Notes under the pieces: model-generated
What the model was told of the DNA's origin: nothing
Seen by the model: only the letters and a program-made list of their open reading frames with translations
The model's database searches: none
Shown: piece after piece, positions 19,701 through 27,404 of the stretch
How positions within the stretch are numbered: the stretch's first letter is position 1
Layout of the letters: every line of letters starts with the position of its first letter
Source: Candidatus Omnitrophota bacterium
Lineage (GTDB): Bacteria; Omnitrophota; Gorgyraeia; Zapsychrales; Zapsychraceae
NCBI GenBank assembly: GCA_021108075.1
Contig: JAIORP010000068.1
Span: 74,594-138,593 of the forward strand
Length of the DNA: 64,000 nt
Direction of reading: 5' to 3'
Made by a program: the position numbers and the translations under genes

Positions 19701-21790
19701 CTTTTGTGAGTGAGTCTCTGTATGAGGCGGAACCGGACAGGATTCCCGCGTTGCCGGATGGGATTGATTTAAATAAAATTCTTTGGTCTTACCAATCCTC
19801 AGGGTCCGCGGAGTGGCAGTGTCGCCTGGAATTAAAACGGTTAGAACGTGAAAAATTGGTTAAAGCCAAGATATTGAGAGAAGACATAAAAACACTTCTT
19901 ATTCCGAATGGTCACGCGTTACATCAAATTGAAATAAAGATAAACAATCGAACGCTTCAGTTTTTGCCTGTTCACTTGCCGTCAACAGCATCTCTTTGGA
20001 GTCTTAAAGTTGCCGGAGAAAATGTTAGAGCGTCGTTAGTCCCGTCAGATAAGAAGGGACAAAAAAAATATTTGATCCCTCTTATTAAAAGCGGGGTCGG
20101 GGATAGAAGTTTTGATATTAAATTGATTTACATTACGCCCCTTAAAGAATTAGGGTTGTTCGGCCGGATTAATTTGTCGAATATGATCAAAACAGGCGAT
20201 GTTCCGGTTGAAAAAACAACATGGTCGGTTTTTGTTCCGGATAATTATTCTTATTTTTATTTCCGATCGAATTTAGATGAAAGTGATATTTCTATTATTG
20301 AAGCTGAAAAGACTCTGGAATTAGCTAAAGAGTATAAGTATTGGACAGATCTGGCCAGTTCAACAAAAGGAGGATTGCGGGAAAAGGCCCTGGATAATCG
20401 GAAAAAGGTTATGAAGGATTATGGGGCTCAATATTCAAGCTACCAGCGTGTGGAGACAGATTTAGCAGGACGGGAAGGAGATAACACATATAATCAGGGG
20501 ATCATTCACAAAGCCAGGTCTCAGAATACGCGGATGCTGGATGAAGCTTCGAAAATTGTTGAATATAACAAAGCCGATTCGCGGACCGTCAATCGCCAGT
20601 TGATTCAATCGGACAAAAAAGCCATGTCAGGACGGAGAAATGTAAAGGGCTGGCAAATTAAAACAAATGATTTCGGCGGGGAAGATCAGGTTGAACAGTC
20701 GATTACAAATTATCTTCAGCAGGAAGATTTGAAACAGTCTGTTAAAGGTAAGGGCGGAAAAGATAAAGGACGCAAATATTCCAAGTCGCAGCTTTTGGGG
20801 AGGAAACAGGCGCAATCAGCCCGTCAAAAAAAGGATATGGCCAGATCGTCTTTGAAGGGCCGGGCGCGTCAACAAGGCGGGTATCAAACGTCACAGACAA
20901 TGGACGTCTATGATTATGAGGATCAAACAACTCAGACAGAGCATATTTTTTATAAACAAAGCGATATGTCTGAGGGGAAAATGATAGTTAATGGGCTTGC
21001 GCGGGGTGCTGGTCGAGAGAAGGAAGAGTCTGGTTCCTTTTGGGGAGCGGATGGGTCTGCCCCGGCTCCAATTGTTCAAATTTTTTCCGGGGCAGGTAAC
21101 AAGATGCCGATTCAACAGCAGCAGGAAAAAAGAAGCACACTTCTTAAGGGACTTCGATCTATTGATATTCCTATTCCGGAACAAGGTATACGCTATTCTT
21201 ATAAGAAGTTAGGGGGAAATCCGCAAATAAAATTCTATTACCGCAGGAAAGGAAGCCTGTTGAAAATATGTTTGCTTTTGATGTGTATGGTTGCTGTCGG
21301 CGGGATTTATAAGTTTCGTCAATACCGTTTTCCTAAGGAGAAATTATTAGGAGTTTTTAAAGGAATAAACCCGGTAACTATTGTCCGTAAGATTATAGAC
21401 TCGCAGTTGCTAAGAATTGTGATTGTTGTTCTTATTGTTCCGACCTTTTTTATGCAGTCGCCGATTTGTGTTGTGTTAGTAGGCCTTTCCAGTGTTTTTC
21501 TTTTGACGCATATCTCTAAGAAACGTTATCGGAAGATAGGATATGTCCCGGTGTATAGTTTTATAATATTTTTAAAATATTTTATTTCCTACGCGATTCT
21601 GCTCGTGTCCTTCTTGAGCTTTTTTCATATGTCTTTTCTTTTTCTCGTCGGTGTTGGAATATTTTTTAATGTTATATGGATTGTTATTTATAGTATTGTT
21701 ACATTGTGCACAAAGAAAGTTGTGCTTAAGAATCCTGAAAATTCAAACGATGAGGGCGTATCGTCTTTTTCCGGTGAGGGGCCGGCATAG
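13784..21790 (+). CDS. giant ~2668-aa protein of unknown family, made of two tandem modules paralogous to 10492-13764
   Basis: Signal peptide at ATG 13784 (MKKICTSLICLSVFFSFSAYA). A central cluster of four TM helices at ~17200-17500 is followed by a signal-peptide-like segment (LTGFACPRNGYAEV). A second TM bundle lies at the C-terminus. The recurring motifs are EGVLIPYKEYKSLYEKA, RVYIPTQDYFRLKF, RYFTRPF and TWSVFVPDNYSYFYF. Confidence 0.85.
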   Translation: MKKICTSLICLSVFFSFSAYAEDRSSTRIKNQTAETLIFFPEKEIGEIFKAEKEGVLIPYKEYKSLYEKARQEYGEKRERIILNEDIKGPQIVQAHYDGSVQGDLLKVSVRYQIVQNDPEPRVLQLPFGIVEKCADARPCRMNAGEYLSLAAQTSGKKTRQTGVSRPSVSKNVLFLKATLNNENAHIYNDNKTPSLIIPSNGTFTLIIDFFIPINFKDKTGNIAIDIPPAMLGQVAISTDIFYDVRFKDFLLTSKKQVDDKMEFLGFLPSMETSLSFEITNRRSSGEKRVKIKSQEEHQAFLSEDLIEQTIMYDMDVENGEVDRVDIIIAKDLNIYDISGSIISNWSRESKEDTDILHLYFHVPLSTGITFALKTYQYPDAASGMFTLADVRVENLFERKGILAVFYDDSMRINARQVDFLLPLSGEGGVRRQHESDRYVLFREYHVFNLPYKISFSQKDVPLEVTLFQNNEIKLEHARILFQSEVTLSGITEEITRFNFQVPDKYVLRNLDAFLNGEVVNENHRHFMETGELSIDIRNPVNLKDEITFLLTFERILNEKFFMDQSYPIAIPAITYLNTKKMIGSLQVIIDEEFLLEDIILKGYYPALEMMTASSSQTLNKNLLYDFRTLSPEGSLVLSYRKAEQTTQTITYVAVDQDLLQTNAYIKYDITAGKKDHFYFAIPRWEDSKINIEGLNIKEKKKISEEKLKELLKDPLILDLKDYDIWNVVLQKEIIGSYSLEIDYQKKIEKFDVLTDIPLIIPLDIINDTGYIVLEASKNTEIDAQKVGLNDIEIYEIPQWPSYKPSNRIIESLRYFTRPFTFRIAVRRMDETPVLSSIAERETIVYTFGEDSDIFFKCDYVIRNTNLQFLEIQLPKRFVLWGATLKGQGIKPRKGNDNRLFVPLPTESDQNIHLSLTGQMVRKGKFRAWESFDFQSPRLSIPCLQSNTTVYFPEKYSLLNIGGNFEKYPEAEYHRPLLFLSLKDLCFFIGGNAINLFSPGYISRGLQGRIRSVNEDIGDQFAPGNAVFTQQGQVRDAPQDFQSGEQFEGGIGATMQYEPYYLESNYEVTRDREVAVSEEESLEEQMVNYDGRQQMMRYERKYSKKKGILSLNIDIPREGQSLAAYKLWGNSRLQVTFISDVWKRVFHFCFLFLFIVLGFHVKRKKIMSSFMFLVLTLVVCTLIPLVVLKSFLFIFNGAALGAIAFVFILGGMKLVRKFAGKFGFYSVLFCLVALTGFACPRNGYAEVRAGNMGERLYSPDGCCPDEEENDAFPSVRVYIPYSENFLNEIQGHSRVYIPTQDYFRLKFLAEPPYEPKDTFKFENEYDITGLFLAGELQTDRIQFAATVDIFINNDKWILVDLPFKNVFIEKLTLDGQSIPVKVKQSGPGCFESFFKSAEPYCSPGEADLYEIPVLGRGHHSVDLIFFVEIQSSPGKKTLSFGLPPALFSDFSLDLKRKDVFLEFEKPNNSFYLDESGVNPVVKASLSRQSELKLSWFPKKYLKKTEKPLIYADCNIDMLMGYEEIIIVQETKIRVEKSSIASLSFFLEPDIVIVDVFSNKVKNWQTRQEKGQSVLDVIFKHEITDTVDIVIKAKRNVRPDTVSPVIFLKPQTTKRIHGTLNLFASEEDKLIIENVTNLNPAGTTRQHQQGVPGMKLLKSYSFLTGDFSARIEKVPEERKVAARMNSQHVFSENLLNSTYDINLNIKKNFLTAIQIILPRGQKIDAIHAENTSDYSLQDNILVLPFKRAVKGKYRFQLKLEREIDNFSSAAIESIQLPDVQKVTGASVVLFPRGYDVKEVSVSGLRSANINTVTPLIKTDQGDYGAKYAYVLREKNYTARYNIFKKDSSLDVIKIYHSTVKDNLVSVKLLSIFNIKNAPVDHFDIIVPVDLKDSIEIQGEGIQTILKKVINEGKSVAITVNTIAKIDHSYMLQVSFNRYFGNDKTFHMPRIVFPQAKNKTEFIAVEADTVYHVESFVSESLYEAEPDRIPALPDGIDLNKILWSYQSSGSAEWQCRLELKRLEREKLVKAKILREDIKTLLIPNGHALHQIEIKINNRTLQFLPVHLPSTASLWSLKVAGENVRASLVPSDKKGQKKYLIPLIKSGVGDRSFDIKLIYITPLKELGLFGRINLSNMIKTGDVPVEKTTWSVFVPDNYSYFYFRSNLDESDISIIEAEKTLELAKEYKYWTDLASSTKGGLREKALDNRKKVMKDYGAQYSSYQRVETDLAGREGDNTYNQGIIHKARSQNTRMLDEASKIVEYNKADSRTVNRQLIQSDKKAMSGRRNVKGWQIKTNDFGGEDQVEQSITNYLQQEDLKQSVKGKGGKDKGRKYSKSQLLGRKQAQSARQKKDMARSSLKGRARQQGGYQTSQTMDVYDYEDQTTQTEHIFYKQSDMSEGKMIVNGLARGAGREKEESGSFWGADGSAPAPIVQIFSGAGNKMPIQQQQEKRSTLLKGLRSIDIPIPEQGIRYSYKKLGGNPQIKFYYRRKGSLLKICLLLMCMVAVGGIYKFRQYRFPKEKLLGVFKGINPVTIVRKIIDSQLLRIVIVVLIVPTFFMQSPICVVLVGLSSVFLLTHISKKRYRKIGYVPVYSFIIFLKYFISYAILLVSFLSFFHMSFLFLVGVGIFFNVIWIVIYSIVTLCTKKVVLKNPENSNDEGVSSFSGEGPA

Positions 21791-21956
21791 GTTTTTTTGA
21801 TCCTTTTTATTTAATGCCGCGTTTCAGGGGACATTATCAAGAATTGTGTCTCTTTTTTTTTGATGTTTGGCCAACGTCACTTCCTGATGGGTCATTTATA
21901 AAGGATATTATAAAATACGAAATCAGTCAGTTTTTGGCGCGCTCGTTCTATTGATA

Positions 21957-22038
21957 ATACCAATTCCAGTAAATAATGACCAAAACCAATTTTGCTTTTC
22001 AGAATTAAGATAAAACAATTTATTAATGGATTTGGTAT
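21957..22038 (-). repeat. MITE-like palindromic element, 82-bp copy, reverse orientation
   Basis: ataccaattccagtaaataatgaccaaaaccaattttgcttttcagaattaagataaaacaatttattaatggatttggtat. Confidence 0.8.
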
Positions 22039-22316
22039 AAGATATGTTCATAAGAGTAAAGAAGAAATTATAATATTTTTTGTTTAGACGCGTCCGGTAT
22101 TCTCAGCCGGATTAGCGGGATCCCCAAAAGTTTTTTAATCAGAAATTTTTGAAAATTAGCGCCAACAGTTCTTGAAGCAGTAAGTACAACGGGTGTGAGC
22201 CCGTGGGAAGCTATTCAGTCATTTTTATTGCAAAATTTGGGTTGAATGTCAGGTTTAAAATTATGGTAGTGAATAAAAACAACATTTATCAAAAAGAAAA
22301 AATACTGGAAGCAAGA

Positions 22317-22766
22317 ATGAAGACATCTCCAATCGTTATTATTTTTTTTCTCCTTTTTGCGATAGTGATGTTTTCAGTTGGAATCCCGCGCTATCTGAAA
22401 ACTAAAAAATTTATTGATGATTCTTTCTCAACAAGCGGTATTATTTCTGAAATTGAGAAAGAGTCTCGGAAGACACGCGCAGGAACAACTAAGATTACCT
22501 ATTATGTCATTTACACGTTCCTAACAAAAAACGGAGAGGAAATAAAAGGGAAATCTTCTGTGCCCAGAGGTCCTTCTGATTTCAAAATCAGTGATCAAAT
22601 TACAATATTATATGATCCTGATAATCCTAATAATTCTAAAATGAATACTTTTTCTGATTTGTGGATGGATTCTTTTTGTTTGAATTTATTAGGCATTTTT
22701 TTAATTATTTCAAGCGTTGTTGTATCAATACAATATAAAAAATACATATCAAGGCGACCTATCTGA
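22317..22766 (+). CDS. DUF3592-like membrane-anchored protein
   Basis: N-terminal TM helix, then a beta-rich region (TTKITYYVIYTFLTKNGEEIKGKSSV...ITILYDPDNP) and a C-terminal TM helix, as in DUF3592 proteins. Confidence 0.45.
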   Translation: MKTSPIVIIFFLLFAIVMFSVGIPRYLKTKKFIDDSFSTSGIISEIEKESRKTRAGTTKITYYVIYTFLTKNGEEIKGKSSVPRGPSDFKISDQITILYDPDNPNNSKMNTFSDLWMDSFCLNLLGIFLIISSVVVSIQYKKYISRRPI

Positions 22767-22830
22767 CCATTTTTTGCGTCTGAAAAACGGCAGGTGACCT
22801 TTGTGTTGTACGGATAAAAAAAGGAAAAAA

Positions 22831-24054
22831 ATGAAAAATAAACTTAAAATTATTCAAAGTATTGCGGTTGCCACCTTTTTTTTAAGCCCTTCTTTTATTT
22901 TCGCGGAAACAAGTCGTGATTTACAAACAGTGGTAAAAGGCAATAGTAATTTCGGTTTCGATTTATACCAAAATCTTAAAGGGGAAGAAGGGAATTTATT
23001 CTTTTCACCCTATAGCATCTCTACAGCACTCGCAATGACATATGCGGGCGCTCGGGGCCAAACAGAAAAAGAAATGGCAAGAGTCTTGCATTTTTCTTTG
23101 GAACAGGATTCCCTCCATTTTTCACTTTCAAAACTTCAGACCCATCTGAATGCCATTCAAAATAAAGGACATATTAAACTGAGTATAGCTAATTCATTAT
23201 GGGCGCAAAAGAATTATCTTTTTTTGGACACTTTTTTTGATTTGAACAAAAAGTACTACGGTGCTGGTTTAAATTTTGTTGATTTTGAAAAAGAAACCGA
23301 AACGGCAAGAATAGCCATAAATACATGGGTCGAAAATGAAACGCAGCAAAAAATCAAAGAGTTAATCAAACGGGGCGGGATTGATTCCGTAACGACATTG
23401 GTCCTCTGTAATGCGATTTATTTTAAAGGTAATTGGTTCAGTCAATTTGATAAAGAAAGGACAGCGGATGCTGATTTTTATATTTCACCCGTCAAAACCA
23501 TAAAGATTCCTATGATGAGCAAAAAATCAGAGTTTAAATTTAAAGATTTTGGTAATTTTAGCGCTATAGAGTTTCCGTACGAAGGAAATGATCTGTCCAT
23601 GATTGTTTTTCTCCCCAAAGAAATAGATGGCCTGGTAGAATTTGAAAGAAACCTGACAGATGATAACGTAGGAATTTGGACCGATAAACTGATAGCGTCT
23701 TATAAGTCGGAAATTTTGGTTGACTTTCCTAAATTTAAAACTACTTGTGAATTTGAATTATCGAAAATGTTTAGTGGCATGGGTATGCCGAGTGCTTTTT
23801 CGCTTCCCCCTGCTGATTTTTCCGGCATGACAGGCCGAAAAGACCTTTTTATAAGTAAAATTATTCATAAGGCTTTCATAGACGTCAATGAAGAAGGAAC
23901 AGAAGCTGCCGCGGCAACGGCCGTGGTTATGCAGATGTTCGCAATAAGTAGACCGTTAACATTTCGAGCAAACCATCCCTTTGTTTTTTTAATACGTGAA
24001 AGTCGAACAGGAAGCATTTTGTTTATTGGCAGGATTCTTGATCCAACAAAATAA
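22831..24054 (+). CDS. serpin (serine protease inhibitor), secreted
   Basis: Serpin motifs are FSPYSISTALAMTYAGARGQT, NAIYFKGNW, the hinge EEGTEAAAATAV and the C-terminal HPFVFLIRE...SILFIGRILDP. An N-terminal signal peptide is present. Confidence 0.85.
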   Translation: MKNKLKIIQSIAVATFFLSPSFIFAETSRDLQTVVKGNSNFGFDLYQNLKGEEGNLFFSPYSISTALAMTYAGARGQTEKEMARVLHFSLEQDSLHFSLSKLQTHLNAIQNKGHIKLSIANSLWAQKNYLFLDTFFDLNKKYYGAGLNFVDFEKETETARIAINTWVENETQQKIKELIKRGGIDSVTTLVLCNAIYFKGNWFSQFDKERTADADFYISPVKTIKIPMMSKKSEFKFKDFGNFSAIEFPYEGNDLSMIVFLPKEIDGLVEFERNLTDDNVGIWTDKLIASYKSEILVDFPKFKTTCEFELSKMFSGMGMPSAFSLPPADFSGMTGRKDLFISKIIHKAFIDVNEEGTEAAAATAVVMQMFAISRPLTFRANHPFVFLIRESRTGSILFIGRILDPTK

Positions 24055-24145
24055 ATAAAACGTACAACAAATCGCACGCTTGCCCGGTGGTGTGGAGGGG
24101 AAAAGCCCGTGAGGGTTCTCTCCATGCCGATTATAAGAGAAATAA

Positions 24146-24533
24146 AAATGAAAATTATGGCAATTTAAATTTGGTTGATTTTCGTGAATGTTGTATACGC
24201 TGAAACTCCGTATGAATTTGAAAAATATAAGGCATATTATGACGGTCCGATTTAGCCATCGCAGAAACGGTATTAAAAGATACTGACGCAAAAGTTAAAA
24301 CAAAAAAAGATGCTAAAAAAATAGTTATGTTGACGCTTCGTGCTGAAGAATCTGTCGCAGTTGTAGGTGTTTTCAAATTAGCTGGCGACATAAAGGATTT
24401 TTCTGAATCGACAGATTGGCTTTGGATCGTTCATCGGAATAGCAATATCAATCATCCAGGAAAGATTAAAGTTGAATGGATTAATTCTCGTACAGGTGGT
24501 ATTTTAAAACTGGATGAAGTTTTAAACGATTAG
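24146..24533 (+). pseudogene. possible decayed gene for a small secreted protein, with an in-frame TAA after MKIMAI and a frame change near 24250
   Basis: The signal-like N-terminus MKIMAI*IWLIFVNVVYAETP... is interrupted by a stop. The downstream frame (...DLAIAETVLKDTDAKVK...MLTLRAEESVAVVGVFKLAGD...) continues without an ATG until 24327. Confidence 0.3.
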
Positions 24534-24649
24534 ACCTATAACCATTTCATCCAGCAGACGTAAAAAAGCTGTGCTTTTCCTCCGCTGATGTTGATGTTCG
24601 ACAGTAGAAGAGATGCACCCCCGGAAACAAATGAAGAAAGGAGAAAACG

Positions 24650-25237
24650 ATGCACACAGTACTGAATAGAAATATTTTCTTCGTTAAAGAACACGTAGGA
24701 ATGTTCAAGGCAGCCAATAATTATGATATCTATGACCCCGACACCGAGTCGGTCATCATGGAGTGCCGAGAGGACCGACTGGGCATTCTGACCAGGATTT
24801 TAAGGTTCACAGACTACAAGCGAATGACCCCGTTTGATATACAGATCAGGACTCCGGAAGGACAGCAGGTCATTCGTGTGAAGAGGGGAATATCGTTGTT
24901 TCTGTCGAAGGTGCAGGTTCTGGATGAAAATGATCATGTCATCGGTATGTTTAAGCAGAAGTTTTTCTCGTTAGGTGGAGCCTTTACGGTACTCGACGCC
25001 AGTGAAAACCCGGTGTGCCAACTCAAAGGTAAATGGACGGGATGGGACTTTAAGTTTTTGGACGGTGAAACTGAACTGGCGCATGTTACTAAAAAGTGGG
25101 CGGGAATAGGTAAGGAGTTTTTTACCAGCGCGGATAACTATGTGTTGCAGATTTCAGACTGCGTGCCTACCGATGATGTGGCACGGTACCTGATCGTTGC
25201 CGCTGTAATGTGTATTGACATGGTATTAAAAGAATAG
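24650..25237 (+). CDS. tubby C-terminal-like / LURP-one-related (DUF567-like) protein
   Basis: ~195 aa with a pattern of alternating beta strands (FDIQIRTPEGQQVIRVKRGISLFLSKVQVLDENDHVIGMFKQKFFSLGGAFTVLD...) that resembles the scramblase/LURP1 fold. The assignment is tentative. Confidence 0.4.
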   Translation: MHTVLNRNIFFVKEHVGMFKAANNYDIYDPDTESVIMECREDRLGILTRILRFTDYKRMTPFDIQIRTPEGQQVIRVKRGISLFLSKVQVLDENDHVIGMFKQKFFSLGGAFTVLDASENPVCQLKGKWTGWDFKFLDGETELAHVTKKWAGIGKEFFTSADNYVLQISDCVPTDDVARYLIVAAVMCIDMVLKE

Positions 25238-25434
25238 TCGGAATCAGAGTCGAACAAGTGTGTTAACCGGAGTTCACGGGGCGGAGCGACGGGGAAATTC
25301 GGTTAATACCGGCGTTAGCTTCCTAAATATGAAAAAATAATTAATACAACAAAGGCATTAACAGAAATTTTAAATGATTTTCATGATGTTTTCCTTAATC
25401 GGACCCGATAGAATTATTTTTTAGAAGAGAAGGC

Positions 25435-26364
25435 ATGAAAAAAATTATTATTTTAAGTGTTTTATTATTTTTTACCTCACAATCGCACGCGTCCAAAACA
25501 ACCGCATTTTTTGGGGTGGAGCACCGGGAGCTTATCCGGGAAGATATCTTGCGGGAATCCGTGGAATATGGGGATTATCACATCAAGATTTATCGTGACG
25601 GGGATATCGGAACTTTCGGCATCTTGCGAATATTCAAGAATGGAGCTTTAGTCTTTGAGGAGGAGCGGCACAGTTATTTTTTGGGTGCAGGCGATGGGGA
25701 TTCGCGTTTGGAGTATTACCCTGAAATCGGACAGGATATAACCGGTGATGGCGAGCCAAATCTGCTCGTTTCGCATTGGTCCGGAGGGGCGCACTGCTGT
25801 TATGATGTGTATATTTTTTCTATCGGTGACGAGTTTAGGTTCATTGATAAAATTGAGGGGGCGCACGGGGTTGTCAGTTTTAAAGATTTAAATGCGGATA
25901 GCATTTATGAATCTATAACCTGTGATTGGGCTTTCGCTTATTGGCATGAATGTTTTGCCGGTTCGCCGGCGCCCCAAGTCGTATTGAGTTATAACAACGG
26001 AGTTTATCAGCCGGATTTTAATTTAATGAAAAGGCCTTTGCCGGACATTGAAAAAGAATACACTGAACGGGCTAACGATGATTATTATCAGGAAGACTGT
26101 ACCGATAAATCTTTTTGGTGGAAAAAAAACGGCGCTTGTGTGAAAACTCCGGTTTGGACGCATATGTTGAATTTAATCTATGGCGGATATCCGAATCTTG
26201 CCTGGAAATTTTTGGATGATGTTTGGGAATCGGATGAACAGACAAAAACGGATTTTATCGTGGATTTCAAACGGCAATTATCATTGAGTCGATACGCTGA
26301 TTGGTTGCCGGTTGATTTAGAAGGATACGGGTCGAATACCCGGGATGAAGCGGATAAAGAATAA
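25435..26364 (+). CDS. hypothetical secreted protein
   Basis: Signal peptide MKKIIILSVLLFFTSQSHAS. Cys-containing. No known domain. Confidence 0.55.
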   Translation: MKKIIILSVLLFFTSQSHASKTTAFFGVEHRELIREDILRESVEYGDYHIKIYRDGDIGTFGILRIFKNGALVFEEERHSYFLGAGDGDSRLEYYPEIGQDITGDGEPNLLVSHWSGGAHCCYDVYIFSIGDEFRFIDKIEGAHGVVSFKDLNADSIYESITCDWAFAYWHECFAGSPAPQVVLSYNNGVYQPDFNLMKRPLPDIEKEYTERANDDYYQEDCTDKSFWWKKNGACVKTPVWTHMLNLIYGGYPNLAWKFLDDVWESDEQTKTDFIVDFKRQLSLSRYADWLPVDLEGYGSNTRDEADKE

Positions 26365-26418
26365 AATTTATGACGGAGAGCAGAAGATGCGCGGAGATTT
26401 TCGGAAAAAGCGTTATTA

Positions 26419-26500
26419 ATACCAATTCCATTAAATAATGACCAAAACCAATTCTGCTTTTCAGAATTAAGATAGAACAATTTATTAATGGATTTGGTAT
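26419..26500 (-). repeat. MITE-like palindromic element, 82-bp copy, reverse orientation
   Basis: ataccaattccattaaataatgaccaaaaccaattctgcttttcagaattaagatagaacaatttattaatggatttggtat. Confidence 0.8.
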
Positions 26501-26613
26501 AAAGAAGAACCGGGCGATGTGATGGCATAAAGACAAAATGTTGTGATATCGCCCCGTAGAGATTGATATAAGGCAAAGGATAAATAAGGAACATTTTAAA
26601 TAGGGGGAAGATC

Positions 26614-26886
26614 ATGCCGGACTTTCTGGATGTTACAAAGAGCGGAGTTCTGATTGCCCGGAATCGTCAGGAATATGTTTTTGATATTCTCCCTGACTTC
26701 CAACGGAACGGAAGCGAACGCCGTGGTTCCAAAGTTTATCAGGACAAAGATGGCCGCCGGATTATGGCTGATATATACTGTTTCCCTTCCGGGAGTGAGT
26801 TTATTATCGGCTATTACCAGCCCGAAGACGATGTTGATATAAGTCTGGGGGCATTACTGGATGAAATAGCCGTCGAGGACGAGTAG
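26614..26886 (+). CDS. hypothetical small acidic protein
   Basis: The ORF follows a GGGGGAAG RBS-like sequence. No similarity recognised. Confidence 0.3.
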   Translation: MPDFLDVTKSGVLIARNRQEYVFDILPDFQRNGSERRGSKVYQDKDGRRIMADIYCFPSGSEFIIGYYQPEDDVDISLGALLDEIAVEDE

Positions 26887-27404
26887 GCCGACAGCGGTCA
26901 TTTTATTTTTATGGACGTTTCTGATATTTTTATTTTGTGCCTTCTCGTTACGATTCCAATTGCATTTTCCGGGTTAAAGGAATCCCAAATAATTGCGAAG
27001 CAATCAAACAAGGAGAGAATGAGGATGACGTGATGTGTTATTTGTCGACGGAGGTATCAGTTATCCGTCTATCCTCGCTAAAGTTTTACCTGCTCAAAAT
27101 ATCGTCTGTCTGTACATTCCTCCGGATGAAAGCCGCCGGCAATGGGAACAGGCTGAAGCAAGAAAACCGATGAAAGACATGATTTTCGATTGCCCCCCTC
27201 AAAAAAGATCAGGTGATTTAAACATAAAGACATTTTTTTAATACGGTCGTAACCCCTTCCTGGCCTTACTTTTTTGTCGCTGCTGATTCACCCTTTTCAG
27301 CCCCGGTTCGTTATATATTATTATATATAGACATATTTTAATTTATATTTTACACTTATATTAGATTTTCGAATTGGTTCTTCCTCAAATCCCGGGATAT
27401 CACG

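Noticed and set aside
26178-26615. 145-aa and 89-aa minus-strand ORFs across the MITE at 26419-26500
   Set aside because: They overlap the 3' end of the 25435-26364 gene and the repeat, and are an artefact of the repeat's open frames.
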